DNA from: Eledone cirrhosa
Taxonomy: Eukaryota
DNA: 64,000 nucleotides
Direction of reading: 5' to 3'
NCBI GenBank assembly: GCA_964016885.1
Contig: OZ024740.1
Span: 337,466,001-337,530,000, forward strand
Made by a program: the position numbers and the translations under genes. Numbering within the stretch: the first letter of the stretch is position 1; each line of letters begins with the position of its first letter. The notes under the pieces are model-generated. The model saw only the letters and a list, made by a program, of their open reading frames with translations, had not been told where the DNA came from and ran no database searches. This document shows, one piece after another, positions 1 through 12,599 of the stretch.

Positions 1-271
1 TATGTATATATATATATATGTATACATGTGTATATATATGTATATATATATGTGTATATATGTGTATATATATGTATATATATATCTATATATATATATG
101 TATAAAGAAAAAGGGATGAAATCGAAAATGCAACTGAAGTCTTATTTTTTTTAAAAATAAGACTTCAGTTGCATTTTCGATTTCATCCCTTTTTCTTTAT
201 ACTTCCACTCGTGTAGGACACCTCGGTTATTTTTCATTTTGTAAAAAAAACCTCACTTTCTAATATATATG

Positions 272-307
<36 letters not shown>

Positions 308-320
308 TATGTATATGTAT

Positions 321-369
<49 letters not shown>

Positions 370-431
370 GATATATATATACATATATATATGTGTATAT
401 ATATGTATATATATATCTATATATATATATG

Positions 432-530
<99 letters not shown>

Positions 531-560
531 GTATATATTTATCTGTACATATGTATATAT
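1..560. repeat. (TA)n/(TATG) microsatellite tracts flanking a short insert
   Basis: Directly visible. The YI-repeat ORFs here are artefacts. Confidence 0.95.
100..202. repeat. Near-perfect ~50-bp-arm palindrome
   Basis: gtataaagaaaaagggatgaaatcgaaaatgcaactgaagtcttattttt is followed by its reverse complement ending ...ctttatac. Confidence 0.95.
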
Positions 561-1035
561 GTAGGAGGTGAGTTTTATTGTAAATAAGTTGCTTTTCTCA
601 CAAACTTAGAAGTATACAGAAAAGAAGATGAAAAGCACTTGGAGGCTTTACAATAACTTAGCCAGTTTCACAATATAAAGATTTTCAAAAATTGTGTAAG
701 ATGGAGAGATGTGGAGCTATGCCTTAATGGTCCCTGATCAGAATTTAAACATTCATAAGATTTTGTTTAATTGGTTTGATTGGTTGAAGATGGTCACAAT
801 ATCTATTTTATTAAAGTGCTAATAATAGGTGTATGGTGTAAATTGTGGATTACAGTGTGAAGAGGGATGGTAAGAGTTTGTATGTGAGAGGGAGAGAGAG
901 AAGGAAAGAGTTAAATGGTGAATTACTTTTTAAAACTTCTGTCATGATGTGGAAAGGGGATGGTAAGAGCCTATGTGTTTGAGAGAGAGAGAGAGAGAGA
1001 GAATGAGGGAGAGGGGGAGCAGCAGTGGTGGCAGT

Positions 1036-1253
1036 AGGAGTCGATCGACTTTCGTCAAATCGGACCGAGGGAACAATGTTTCCGTCGGTCTTTCCAATTG
1101 CTAATACTATCTATCGGTCGCAACTCCAGGTAGAAGGAGCAACGTGAAATAAAGTGTCTTGCCCAAGGACATAACGCATCACCTGGTCCAGGAATCGAAC
1201 TCACAACCTTATGATTGCGAATCCAATTCTCTAACCACTCAGCCACACGCCTT
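1036..1253 (-). mobile_element. tRNA-derived CORE-type SINE with 13-bp target site duplication
   Basis: Minus-strand head tggctgagtggtt (A box) and gagttcgattcc (B box), then ccttgggcaagacacttt (CORE-like). cagtggtggcagt is duplicated at 1023-1035 and 1254-1266. Confidence 0.85.
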
Positions 1254-1411
1254 CAGTGGTGGCAGTGATGATGTTAAATTTTTTTCTTTGAAATCTATGT
1301 TTTAAGAAAAATATTATTTACGCTCAGATAATATATGAGTAAAATATTCCATTTTAGGAATTTCAGTCATTTGTTAAATTTATTTGATTTATATGTAATT
1401 AAGTGCTGTAT

Positions 1412-1571
1412 ATAGTATCGGTAGAGGGTTGGATGCCATGCTTTCTAGCATAGTTACGTCCCTTTACAGTCTGAGTTCAAATCCCGCCGAGGTTAACTTT
1501 GCCTTTCATCCTTACGGGGTCGATAAAATTACTGGGTAATTGCTGGCCTTGTGCCTAAAGTAGAAACAATT
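1412..1571 (+). mobile_element. tRNA-derived SINE family 2 (body gcctttcatccttacggggtcgataaaat)
   Basis: B box gagttcaaatccc and tail ggccttgtgcctaaagtagaaacaatt. Further copies near 6357-6550(-), 8123-8250(+), 11485-11620(+), 13675-13780(-), 41130-41249(+), 47095-47286(+), 47503-47685(-) and 55392-55580(-). Confidence 0.85.
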
Positions 1572-1979
1572 ATTTACTTGTGTATATACACACACACACA
1601 CATACATACATACATATACATATTCTCAGTGCAAAAGGTAGCTGAAACAGCGGGATACTATTTGCATAGTAAACAAATTTTGTGTGTATGGGGGGTGGGG
1701 GACTTAAGATATAACCACAAATTGAACGGAGAGAGGGAGAAAGAGGGTCAAAGTGTGAGATGAGAAATGAGAGGGTTATAGAGAGAGAGAGAAGGGAAGA
1801 GGAGGAGAAAATAGATCAACAATTGTCTGCTTCCCACAATACTTCACAATATAAAACTGTAACATAGTTTCTTGCGTGAGGGAAGGACTATGTCTAGAAG
1901 TATTGACCGTGCAACAGGAATCAAATCTCTGTTGTTCCAATGTTAGAATAGAGGAATGAGAGAGAGAGAGAGAGAGAGC

Positions 1980-2196
1980 AATGTGGTTTGTCCGCATCAA
2001 GCTGCGATTGGCAAAAGAAAGGCTGTGAAGGTTCATAGGCAATCTGATGCAAGACCTGAGGCCATGGAGGTCCATAGTTATTGTGAATGTGTGAAGGAGT
2101 GCAAGTCTCTAGCAGGTTTGAAAAGCCATATCTAAGCATCACACATCTGTATCTGACAAGCGATTGCAATACTCTTAGCAAAGTTTGCAGCCATCA
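1980..2196 (+). mobile_element. 3' end fragment of an RTE-clade LINE with (TATG)n tail
   Basis: C2H2-like end (CVKECKSLAGLKSHI). Homologous to 58480-58700 and followed by (tatg)n. Confidence 0.7.
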
Positions 2197-2254
2197 TGTA
2201 GGTATGTATGTATGTATGTATGTATGTATGTATGTATGTATGTATGTATGTATG

Positions 2255-2861
2255 TCAGGTCACCAGTTGGTGCTACTGGTAACATGTATCCCAGTACAAC
2301 CTGTCTCATGGTCGGGTCGTTGGCGACTAAACTGGCAACCCCACCAAGGTTTCTTGGTGAGGAGGGTGACTTTGAACATCCTGCAGGACTAAAAACAAAA
2401 CCTGTCAAAGGGCAAAGGAGCTCTTAAGAGTCAATGGCCATCCAAAATCACCAGGTGAAATGACCCCTGAGCCTTTGTCAAGGCAGAATTCTAGGAGAAG
2501 GAAAACTCTGATATAACACCTGCAACCCTGATGGTATCCAATGATGTTGACTTGTTCTTCTTTTTGGTAAATATCATCTTGGTTAAGAGAGTGGAACTGG
2601 CTTTGTGCAGTGCCTTTGCTCACTATAAAAGCTTCACGGCACAGGCATTGCTTTATATCTGGAGATCTCTCTGCACTTGTCGTCACATAGTACCATGGGC
2701 CCAGCACTATGTGTCAATAATTGTCACAAGTGTAGTGTTTGTACCAGAGTTTTCAAGTCGCTGGCTGGACTAAAAAGTCACACTCGTTCAGCACATTGGT
2801 AGGGGTTCTCCTATATGGATATAAAGTAGTGGCCATACTCGAAAACGAGTTGGCAGCCACC
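2255..2861 (+). mobile_element. ~607-bp non-autonomous RTE-derived retroelement flanked by (TATG)n
   Basis: Near-identical copy at 56724-57330. Contains the RTE 5'UTR-like motif ggagaaggaaaactctgat and an RTE-like C2H2 3' end (CSVCTRVFKSLAGLKSH), but no RT. Confidence 0.8.
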
Positions 2862-3839
2862 ATGTATGTATGTATGTATGTATGTATGTATGTATGTATG
2901 TATGTATGTATGTATGTATATGTATGTATGTATGTATGCATATGTATGTATATAGTTATGTGTTTGCATGTGAATAGTTATTAGTGAATATATCTTGTTT
3001 AAGTTTATTCAGTTATTTTATTTATTTATCCATGTTTGATCCATGGATTTGTCTGAACAAAGGTAAAATGGGAAGACTTGCCATTTTGGTTGATTTATTT
3101 GTTGCACATAAGTCTAAATTGTTACTAAGACTCTCACAGTCCAGAGGCTGCATCTTGCTTATAAATGTCCCCCTCTTCTGCAGAGTGCACTGGGAGCATT
3201 TTTCATGTTACTAGCATTAGGGAGGTTGTCATGTATTTGACACAGCTGAAGAGCCCACTCAATCCTATGTTTGGCAAGTCTTCTATGGCTGGATGCCTTT
3301 CATATCAGCAACCACTTTACAGAGTGTATTGAATGCATTTTATCATGGCACCAACACTAGAGAGATTGTCTTGCTCTTGACACAACTGAAGAGACCTCTC
3401 AATCCTACACACATGCACATATATATATATATATACTGTCTAACCCATGCTAGCGTGGAAAATAGATGTTAAACGATGATGATGATGATGATGATATATA
3501 TATATATGAGCATCTGTGAAAGAGAGAGAATGGGTGTGTGTGTGTGTCTATGTGTTTCCGTAAGCTTGAAAGTGTGTTTGATAAGCTTTGGCACAGTTTT
3601 TGTTTACTAAATTCCGTCCACAAGGCATTAGTCAACTGAAATTTATGGTACTAAACAGTGGGATCAAACTCAAACCCAAACCCAAAGCTGTATGGTTGTG
3701 AAGCAAATTTCTTAACCCCACAGAAATGCTGGCCTCCATAAGAATAGTAGGGAACATCTTGTTTAACAGGATATTCCCTGTTATGGCACCAAATACCTTT
3801 TGAAATATCAATGATTGCACAGCACATATGTAATCAGAG

Positions 3840-4075
3840 TCTTCATTATCATCTTCCTATAGCTGGTGCAGCTAGTCATCGGAGTGCCACTCATGATATT
3901 CTGACAGTCAGCAATCACCAGTGGTCTCTGACATCTGTCATATGCAGTAGAGTTGCAATGTTGAAATCTGTCCAGTCATTGATGTTGTTGGACAAGGATT
4001 TTCCGTTTTCTGCCTCTTCTTCACCTTCCTTAATGGTTTTGGAAGGGAGTCTTGGCAAAATGCATGAACATATCA
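3840..4075 (-). mobile_element. Degenerate 3' end of an RTE-like LINE
   Basis: Minus strand reads ...RGRKRK..NNINDWT...TDVRDHW with disruptions. Confidence 0.5.
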
Positions 4076-5039
4076 GACAATTTTTTTTATCTTTTTCACT
4101 GTTGAAGTACTAATGGATGAATAAATATATAACATATCTGGTCATATATCATGTCATATGACATATACTCCTTATTTCTTTCTGCATGTTTGACAAGCTA
4201 AGTTCTATTTTATTTCCTTGTTGAATAGCTAGTAGTAGATATAAAGAAGACATAAAAGCAACTGTTCTGACAATTTACAGATGTTCAAATATTTCAAACA
4301 TGGCCAACATGGAAAATTAGATGTAAAATCAGTAACAATCAAATAATTCAATAAACAAAACAAAATAGAAAATAATTTCAATAGAACTCTCTATTTTTCC
4401 TCTACTACCTGACATTATGGTATCATACTGACCCTCAAATTTTCTTAACATCTCTGGTCTTTAGCCAGAAACTGTGAAATTAAAGAGAAACCAAATTTGA
4501 GTGTCCTGCTATTGATTAGATTTGACATAATATTGTCTAGTACTGCTGTGGCTGTTCCAAGCATCTGTCTAGTGCCATACATATAATGATTGATAGTTGA
4601 AGAAACTACAAGTCTTCAATTTTCCTTATTGATTCTGGCTTATTTTCAAATAACTAAAATGCTTTTACCTAAATCATACGAGCAGGGACAATTTAGATTT
4701 GCTAATCTTCGTTAAGTTCTTTGTAGCGATGTTCCACTAACCAGAAATAATGCCAATGGGAAATGAGACTATTGGGAATTTGCAGAGTGGGATGTAGAAT
4801 GATATGAGTTATTGAAAGGCTGGTGTCTTCTACAGGCTAAACTACTGAGATATATATGAGATTAAATATTGACAGAATTAAAAAGCTAATCAAATTGATT
4901 TATTTCAGTTGTGTTATTAAATAGTTCATTTTTCTAGGCAATTACTAGGTATTTAGATTTCAAGGTTGTGTTGTCAATATAAAACTTACTTATAATCTAT
5001 GTTGAAATGATACAATCACATGTTCAAACATTACCGTGG

Positions 5040-5518
5040 AGCTTTCATATCGAGTTTTTGGAAAATATATCATAATATGGGAGGCAGAATATATGTTCCC
5101 CCGACAACATCAATGAACCTCCAAATGTAGGAGCCCATCTATTGAGCAAGTCTGTCTGCATGATACAGATAAGATCATGAGAGTTGGGAAGGAACTCCGT
5201 GAGAGATACTCCCTGCATGATAATCAAAAACCCACACCCAGAGAAAAGAAGGTATGCACAGTAATGGAAGTTAGCTGCCCAGCAGATGTCAATATAATAT
5301 TAAAGATTAGCAAAAAGGAGAATTCTATGCAGAACATGAGGAATCTGCAGATATTTCACCCTGACTATACCTTTAGATTTATACCTGTGATCATTTGGGC
5401 ACTGGGTTATGTTAGTAACTGCTTCAGTACAAATCTTGAGAAGCTGGGCTTCACAGAACCGGAAAGAACACGACTAGTTAGGAAATTACTAGTACAATGT
5501 GTCTATGTTAGAAACTGA
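5040..5518 (+). mobile_element. R4/Dong-like non-LTR retrotransposon fragment (restriction-like endonuclease end)
   Basis: ORF 5177..5518 has EKKVCTVMEVSCPADVNI...FIPVIIWALG, an RLE C-terminal pattern. A related fragment lies at 50770-51000 (RNLQILYP). Confidence 0.7.
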
Positions 5519-5588
5519 CTCTCTCACTATGGGTAAAAATTCATAAAATCATAAAACCAGAAGAACATGCATACATATATATACATAC

Positions 5589-5629
<41 letters not shown>

Positions 5630-6235
5630 AACATATATATATCTATAATCTTCAATTCTTTTGTTTTTACAACTTCACTGCTGAACTGTAAATATTCAAC
5701 GTGAATTACATTTGAGATTTGTACCAATACATAGTCTACATCTGGCTTTAATAGCTACTTTATTGATAAATATTTTTTTTGGTGGGTGGGCAGTGGGGTG
5801 GGTTAATCAATAATGTATTCACCCTCATCATAATCATCTTTATGTCTGCTTCTTTGATACCTACATGTGTTGGATGAGATTGTTTGAAGAAGTTTTTCTA
5901 CAGCCAAATGCCCTTATCAATGCCAACTCATATTTGCTTTCAGTATCATAGATTTTCTAAAAAATCAAAGATAATAAAAAAAATATGTTGCTTGTCACAT
6001 GATGATGATGATCATCATCATCATCTTCCATGCTAGCATGGGTTAGATGGGTCGTATTTAGAAGCAAGTTGTGTCAGGTGACCACATCTCGCTCATATAG
6101 GGGTGTTTCTGGCTCGTTTTCTATGGCTGGATGCCCTTCCTAACACCAATCACATTGACAGTGTTGGCTGGGTGCTTTTTGCCATGTCTTTTACACATTC
6201 ACTTTACAGTGAGGGTTCAGTGTCTTATATGTATG

Positions 6236-6299
<64 letters not shown>

Positions 6300-7354
6300 T
6301 ACAATATATATATATATAAATCAGGATAGAACCAGTGTTTTGACAAAATAGATAATAATTGTTTCTACTTTTGGCACAAGGTCAGTAATTATCTCAGTGT
6401 ATTACTGGTACTTTATTTTATCGATCCCATAAGGATGAAAGGCGAAGTTAACCTTTGCGAGATTTGAACTCAGACCATAAAGGGCCGTAACTCTTTGCTG
6501 TAAAGCATGGCGTCCGACCCTCTACCGATACTGCCAATCCACCGCCTTGCAAAATAAATAATAATAATAATAATAATAATAAATAATAACAAAATAGATA
6601 ATAATAATAATAATAATAATAATGAAGCTGAAGGGAAAATCAAATAGTGCATGTGTTTTTATTGGAAAAATTGGCAAAAGAACCATCCCCAAATATATCA
6701 ACTCTTAGTCATATTTTCAACTAAGTAAACTATCATCCTATAACAAAGTGATGGTAAACCAGCTTTTATTATAATTCCATTAAAATCAAGGATTGTTTAT
6801 AGGGAAATGATACTTTATTTTATTGATTCTGAAAAGGTGAAAGGTAAAGATGACTTCAGCAGGATTTGAACTCTGAACATAAAGGTTTATATCAAGTGAT
6901 TCTGCCAATTGATAAAATACTAGCTTATGTTAGATCTGTTAATGATAGATTAATATATATTAGATAAGTGAATATTAGATCTGTTTGTTATTGAAGAAGA
7001 CCTGAGATGATACACTTCTCTTTATATGGTACTGATGTATTAATGGTGTTTGTTTCAGTGCGAAATTTTGCTGCAGAATATATCTATATAGTTTGTTTAG
7101 TTAACACTGTATGTATACACAGATATAAATACTTTGTATATACAATATTTTCATGGACAGAAAAAGACTGCTTGTGTGTTTGTTCTTATTTCTTTTTCTC
7201 TTTCCTTTTTTCCTTTCCTTTTTCTTTCTCTTTTTAATTATTTGCAATGTTATTTATAGAACTCTTAAGTAAATAAAATTTCAATTCTGTGTTGGAATTT
7301 CGTCATCAACTGAATACTCTCTCTAACTTCCCATGCAAATACTGTCTCTATACT

Positions 7355-7605
7355 CACTCTTACTTCTTCTTATCGTGTCCTCAAGAGTGTCAGTTACAAA
7401 GCTTGGCTAGATGTGGTTCCGCCACAACTGAACACATTGCTATCCTTTCTCATTAAACTCTACCAAGTCCAATGCTGTGCAGGGGTGTTCCAGCAGAGGG
7501 CATATCAGGAGGTGCTGCATAGTCTGTGGTTTGACGCTGCATTTTGCAAGATTGACTTTTGCACATCCAGCACCAGATCTTAATCTGTTGAGGTATTTTC
7601 ACACT
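7355..7605 (-). mobile_element. RTEX-like LINE 3' end
   Basis: Minus strand reads YLNRLRSGAG...PQTMQHLLICPLLEHPCT, with tail gacacgataagaagaag. Confidence 0.65.
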
Positions 7606-8846
7606 GCATAGTTTTTACTAGTACTAAGGGTTTGTTTTGTTAATTGGGTAGACCAGTTTGCATATATAACGTATTCTTTGCAACTAATTCAAATTAACAA
7701 ATCATTAATGTCTTAATTGTGTTTTGTTTCAATGCTTATACTGTGCTACAGAATATATCTATACATTTTTAGCCGACACTGTGTGTACACACAGGTGTAT
7801 ACACCTTGTCATTGTATACAGTATCTTTGTGAACACATCTTGTCATTGTATCACAGTGTATACATCTTGTCACTGTATACAGTATATTTGAAGACAGAAA
7901 AAGAAGTATCAGCTCAACAGATTTCAATCTTGTGTTGGGATTTCATCTGTGACGAAATAATCTTTTTTAATGTCTATGGACATATTGCTTGTAAAACTAC
8001 TGCTACTAAGGGTTTAAGTAAGTTGGATAGATAAAATCGATATATAATGCATTCTTAGCATCTAGATTTTATTCATACTGAGTGTGTCTGAGGTTCAAGT
8101 TCTAAAATACTGAGTCATAAAACTGGCAGTGTTGTTAGAATGTTGGATTAAATGCCTTCTGGTATTTGTTCTGGCACTCTGCATATTGAGTTCAAATCCC
8201 ATTGAGGTCAGCTTTGCCTTTCATTCTTTTAGGGTTGCTAAATAAAGGTCCAGTTAGGGAATTGACCAGGTTGTTGCACAGTATCAGTTTTGGCTGTGAG
8301 TTTAAATTCTATCACTTGCCTTCTTGTCACTAGAAATAGAGACATGGGAAAAACCCAACAAACATCAATTTTTTACCCTCCACATTCATGTTCTCTTTCC
8401 CTTTGTCCCTGAAGTCAGTGTCATGCACCATATCCTTCCCTCTACCTTATTCTTATACTTTTCATCCCTGAATCAACAAGGAAGTCACTATGTGATCACT
8501 CAAATCTGCTCAAAATAACACCAAAATCATCCTTAATTCAAACACTATAGTCTTAAAAAGAAGGAAGGTCAATGCTGGAATGTTCTTGACTATAGTTCTT
8601 CCTGATCAAAGCCCTACTGGAGTTAAACAATGAGACATGTTCAACTTCATTACAACTATTCAACTAGCCACAGTATTAAAATATGTTCATGCTCACAGCA
8701 CACAAACTTAGTCCACTTTCTTACATAGAGTCTGCCAGTCTATTATTTCACCTTGGATCCTTTATTCTAGCTAACTAATTATTCTACTATTCATTTATAA
8801 CATTATTTAACATATTCTACTGTTTTGTTATTTTATTATTCTATAG

Positions 8847-8921
8847 ATAACACAAGAGTGGCGGGAGATTGACTACAACAATGCAGATGTTGCTATGATG
8901 GCAATTACCAAGATAACAGAT
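8847..8921 (+). CDS. Coding exon of a Munc13-4/BAIAP3-like (MUN domain) gene; ITQEWREIDYNNADVAMMAITKITD
   Basis: Acceptor ttattattctatag and donor gtaagc. The exon is 75 nt, phase 0/0, and joins in frame to the exon at 10297. The peptide fits the MHD1 region of BAIAP3/UNC13D-type proteins as recalled. Confidence 0.85.
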
Positions 8922-9174
8922 GTAAGCATTCTGTCATAGATACACTACCATCACAAATACAGTCATAGACTCTCTTTTAACTACAACCAATCCTGTTGCT
9001 CATACTACACACAAATACATTTACAAATATTGTTAATACAACCACAATCACAGGTATAACCATAGCTACAAATACAAATCTGACTACAACTACTACTACA
9101 GACATAACTACAACTCCAATGATAAATACTACCACAACAATAGCTAAAATTACAACCACAACCACAGCTACAGA

Positions 9175-9510
9175 CACAACTACAACAATAATCACAACTA
9201 CCACAACCACAACCACAACTGTAACCACAACTACAACAATAATCACAACTACCACAACCACAACTGTAACCACAACTACAACAATAATCACAACTACCAC
9301 AACCACAACTGTAACCACAACTACAACAATAATCACAACTACCACAACCACAACTGTAACCACAACTACAACAATAATCACAACTACCACAACCACAACT
9401 GTAACCACAACTACAACAATAATCACAACTACCACAACCACAACTGTAACCACAACTACAACAATAATCACAACTACCACAACCCCAACTGTAACCACAA
9501 CTACAACTAG
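9175..9510. repeat. 45-bp minisatellite (accacaactacaacaataatcacaactaccacaaccacaactgta), about 7 copies, in an ACA-rich tract
   Basis: Repeats are directly visible and lie in intron 8922-10296. Confidence 0.9.
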
Positions 9511-10296
9511 AGCTACAACAATAACCACAACAGCAGCTATAATTACAATCACAACCACAACCACAATGATAAGTGCAGCCACATCCACAATCACCATCAC
9601 AACAACAACTACAACCACAGTTATAATTATTATAAGAGGTAGGTTACAAAAGTGGGTTCATGTATTTAAATGACAGCAATACAGTAAAGAATGGGGTGGG
9701 TTTTAAATGAAGGGTGAGAGAATACTAAAAGTATAAATTATTATTGAATTGTTTTCTCTGCGGAATATTGTACAGTCATTTGTAATTTTGGGGAAATGCT
9801 TTCCAAAGTGCTATTTAATAACAGAAACCACAAAGTCCCAGAGCCATCTAAGAAATGGCCTTAGTTGATGTATATAGGTGCTTAGCAGGAACTCAATATT
9901 GTGTTATATGTACAAATAATGGATGCATAAATTCTATATTGGACTCTCTATCTGACTATGTTTTCAGATGAGATAAACATACAGGAGTTATTAGCAGTAC
10001 CTTTTATTTTTAACTGTAGGAGAAATCATGAAATGAAGTCTATAAGCTGCTAAATGGCTTTCTACTTGTATGTGTATGAGGTAATCTATGTAGTTCAGAG
10101 GTTGGTTTTAGTTGAGGTAGTTATGGGTGTTTTGGGTATTGTTGCTTCAGAGACTTGTTGCTTCTTTTTAACAACAATAGACCATAATGCAGAATTGAAA
10201 TGATTTATTGAACTGTTAGTAGGAAAACCTTTGTGATATCACATTCTTAAAATATTGTTTTTTATTCTAATGAAGTAATAAAATTGTTGTTTACAG

Positions 10297-10401
10297 TTGA
10301 TCTGTGATTCTGTCAAGTCTTATGCAGAGAAGATCCACACAATTCTAAGGAGCAATGGATATTATGATGAACAGGTGCATCACTTTGATGTTAACGACCA
10401 G
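10297..10401 (+). CDS. Coding exon of the Munc13-4/BAIAP3-like gene; LICDSVKSYAEKIHTILRSNGYYDEQVHHFDVNDQ
   Basis: Acceptor ttgttgtttacag and donor gtaaga. The exon is 105 nt, phase 0/0. FDVNDQ joins LCITLNN of the next exon, a junction recalled from invertebrate BAIAP3-like proteins. Confidence 0.9.
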
Positions 10402-10679
10402 GTAAGATATAATTGATAGTGAGAATACAAAAGGTTTATTTCTGCTGTTAGCAACCAGGTAAGATATGGCTGATATAAATAATAATATAAGATGAGTGAT
10501 AATATAAGGTGACTGATGTTAGAGGGAACAAATAAGATATAATTGATTTGAATGACCAGATATACAACAACAAATCTTTTAACAAGCTTCTTCATTGTCC
10601 CCTATTGTCTGCATCCCTCTCACAATACACTTGGTTTTAATTTCCTTTTCCATCATTTTTAGCCATGTCTTTCTTAGCT

Positions 10680-11145
10680 CTTCTTCTTCTCCTCCTCCCA
10701 CATATTCCTGAGAGAGTCGGAGGGGGGGGGGGGGGGGGCAGAGCCTCCTTAAACCCTCCTTCCAGCAGGTCCTGTCAGAAGCAATCGTCTTCAACTGATC
10801 TGGCTAGATTCCCAAACGTGACCAGCCATTTCAGCTGTTTGTATTTGCGATCATGTTTTTTTGGTCATTACCCAAGATTTATTACCAAAGGTAAGGGTTG
10901 GCGCTAATATTGAATTGAAGATAACGAATTTGGCTTTTATATCTACCTCCTTTCTGATTACCAAATGCTGTAATTACCAAGTGCAGTAATGCACCAGCTC
11001 CCACAATTCTTGCACTTAACTCAGTCTCCTGCCTTCTATCACTCACGAACACGGTCCTGAGATACTTGAATTTCTCAACCTGCTTCAGTGGAACTCCATT
11101 CACATGCAAAGTGCACTGTGCAAGCTTTCTTAAGAGGATGAGTGT
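10680..11145 (-). mobile_element. Degenerate RTE (Expander/Rex3-like) LINE fragment
   Basis: HVNGVPLKQVEKFKYL...ELSARI, C-terminal IASDRTCW..RRLCPPP, and a (GAA)n tail. Confidence 0.7.
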
Positions 11146-11413
11146 ATCAATCTAATTGTATGCAAATGAAAGGGTAAGAGGTGTAGCAAGGCCAGGAGCC
11201 GAAAGGCAAATGAGAGGTAGAGAGCTGAAAGTTATTCCTTTTATAGGTCCTGGGACGGAAGTGACAAAAAGGGCTCTGCCCACCTCAACGGGAAGCAACT
11301 CCAGCTACTTCCTGTCTAGAGAGCGTTACTCTATTGGTGATGTGATCGTCACAACAAGGGAGGCAACTCTTGCTACACCTCTTACCCTTTCATTTGCATA
11401 CAATTAGATTGAT
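11146..11413. mobile_element. 268-bp MITE-like element with perfect 45-bp terminal inverted repeats
   Basis: atcaatctaattgtatgcaaatgaaagggtaagaggtgtagcaag (11146-11190) and its exact reverse complement (11369-11413). Confidence 0.85.
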
Positions 11414-12599
11414 GTTAATGGAGATGTAAATTCTCAATGATTTTTAGCTACCAAGTAGGACATAACTGAGGAGGTGATTTCACAGAGCTGTTAGAGTGTC
11501 ATATTAAAGATGCCTTGGTATTTGTTCTTGTTCACTGCACTCTGAGTTCAAATCCTGCTGAGGTTAACTTTGCCTTTCATCATTTCAAGGTTGATAAATA
11601 AAGTACCAGCCCAGTATTGGGGCTAGTTCTTCTATCATTATACCTTTATCTCTCACCTCTCTCTGGAAGAACTAGGCTGTTTTCCAGCTTGGAAAGGGAA
11701 GAGCTGCCCCAGGTTTAAAAGGCCCAAGACATGCCATGTGTCATGAGAGTGCCCCTATGACTCCAGCTGAAATTAAGGACTCTTTTTCCTTTTTTACCTT
11801 AGAAGATGAATGGATTGAGTGTTTAAGTAAAATATGGCTAATAATATCGATATTAATGACCAGGTATGGTATGACAGATGTTTGTGATCAGATAAAGTAT
11901 AACTTTGATGTTTATGACACAAATATAATGATTAAGACTATCACTTTGGTGAAGTAAGAAAGGTGGACATATAAAATGGAATATCATGTAAAAAGAGTCA
12001 TATAGGGAGTATACATTATATTCATAATCATTAAGAGAGTATTCAGTGTTTATTTGGATATATAATAAGCATACATTGTACATTTGTCATTATATATTGT
12101 AATCACAATCAGTGAGGGAGTATAGATTGTCAGTGGGAAAAAAGTACTTGTTTAATGCCAGGTTAACTCTGACTGAACCAATATTTTATCAAAGGCATTC
12201 TAGCCATAAACATAGCAGCCTTTTCTTTTTGGGGGCATTATGTTTCTATGACTACATAATCCAATGTGTCCTTCATATACTTCTTAAGATAGTAGAGTGT
12301 GATTTAAGGAGTTTTCATCTGCTATTTATAACAAGAGTGACCAAAGAGATTCCCTCTTTTTGAAGATGATAGGGTCTGAGTTGAAGGTTTGGTTACTATT
12401 TATAGCAGAGTGAGAGACCACATAAAAGCTTCACCATTTTAAAGATGGTAGAGTGTGATCTGAAGAAGGTTTGTCTGTTTTTTTTAGTAGGTTGAGCAAC
12501 CACATTGAAGATTCTCAGATTTTAAAAACAGTAACAACACTAATATCAAGAAGTCTTCTTGTGAATGTGACCTGGGCATTACGGTCAGCAGCGATTTGC

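Noticed and set aside
309-587. YI/CV/HT-repeat ORFs here and throughout the ORF track
   Set aside because: Translations of dinucleotide and tetranucleotide microsatellites.
2256-2345. Possible twister or HDV-like ribozyme at the 5' end of the TATG element
   Set aside because: Hairpins exist, but I could not place the required pseudoknot pairings or conserved catalytic residues by eye.
8996-9673. 225-aa Thr-rich mucin-like ORF and its Val-rich antisense ORF
   Set aside because: It is a stop-free by-product of an ACA-based 45-bp minisatellite inside an intron whose flanking exons already join in frame. No signal peptide or clear splice sites.
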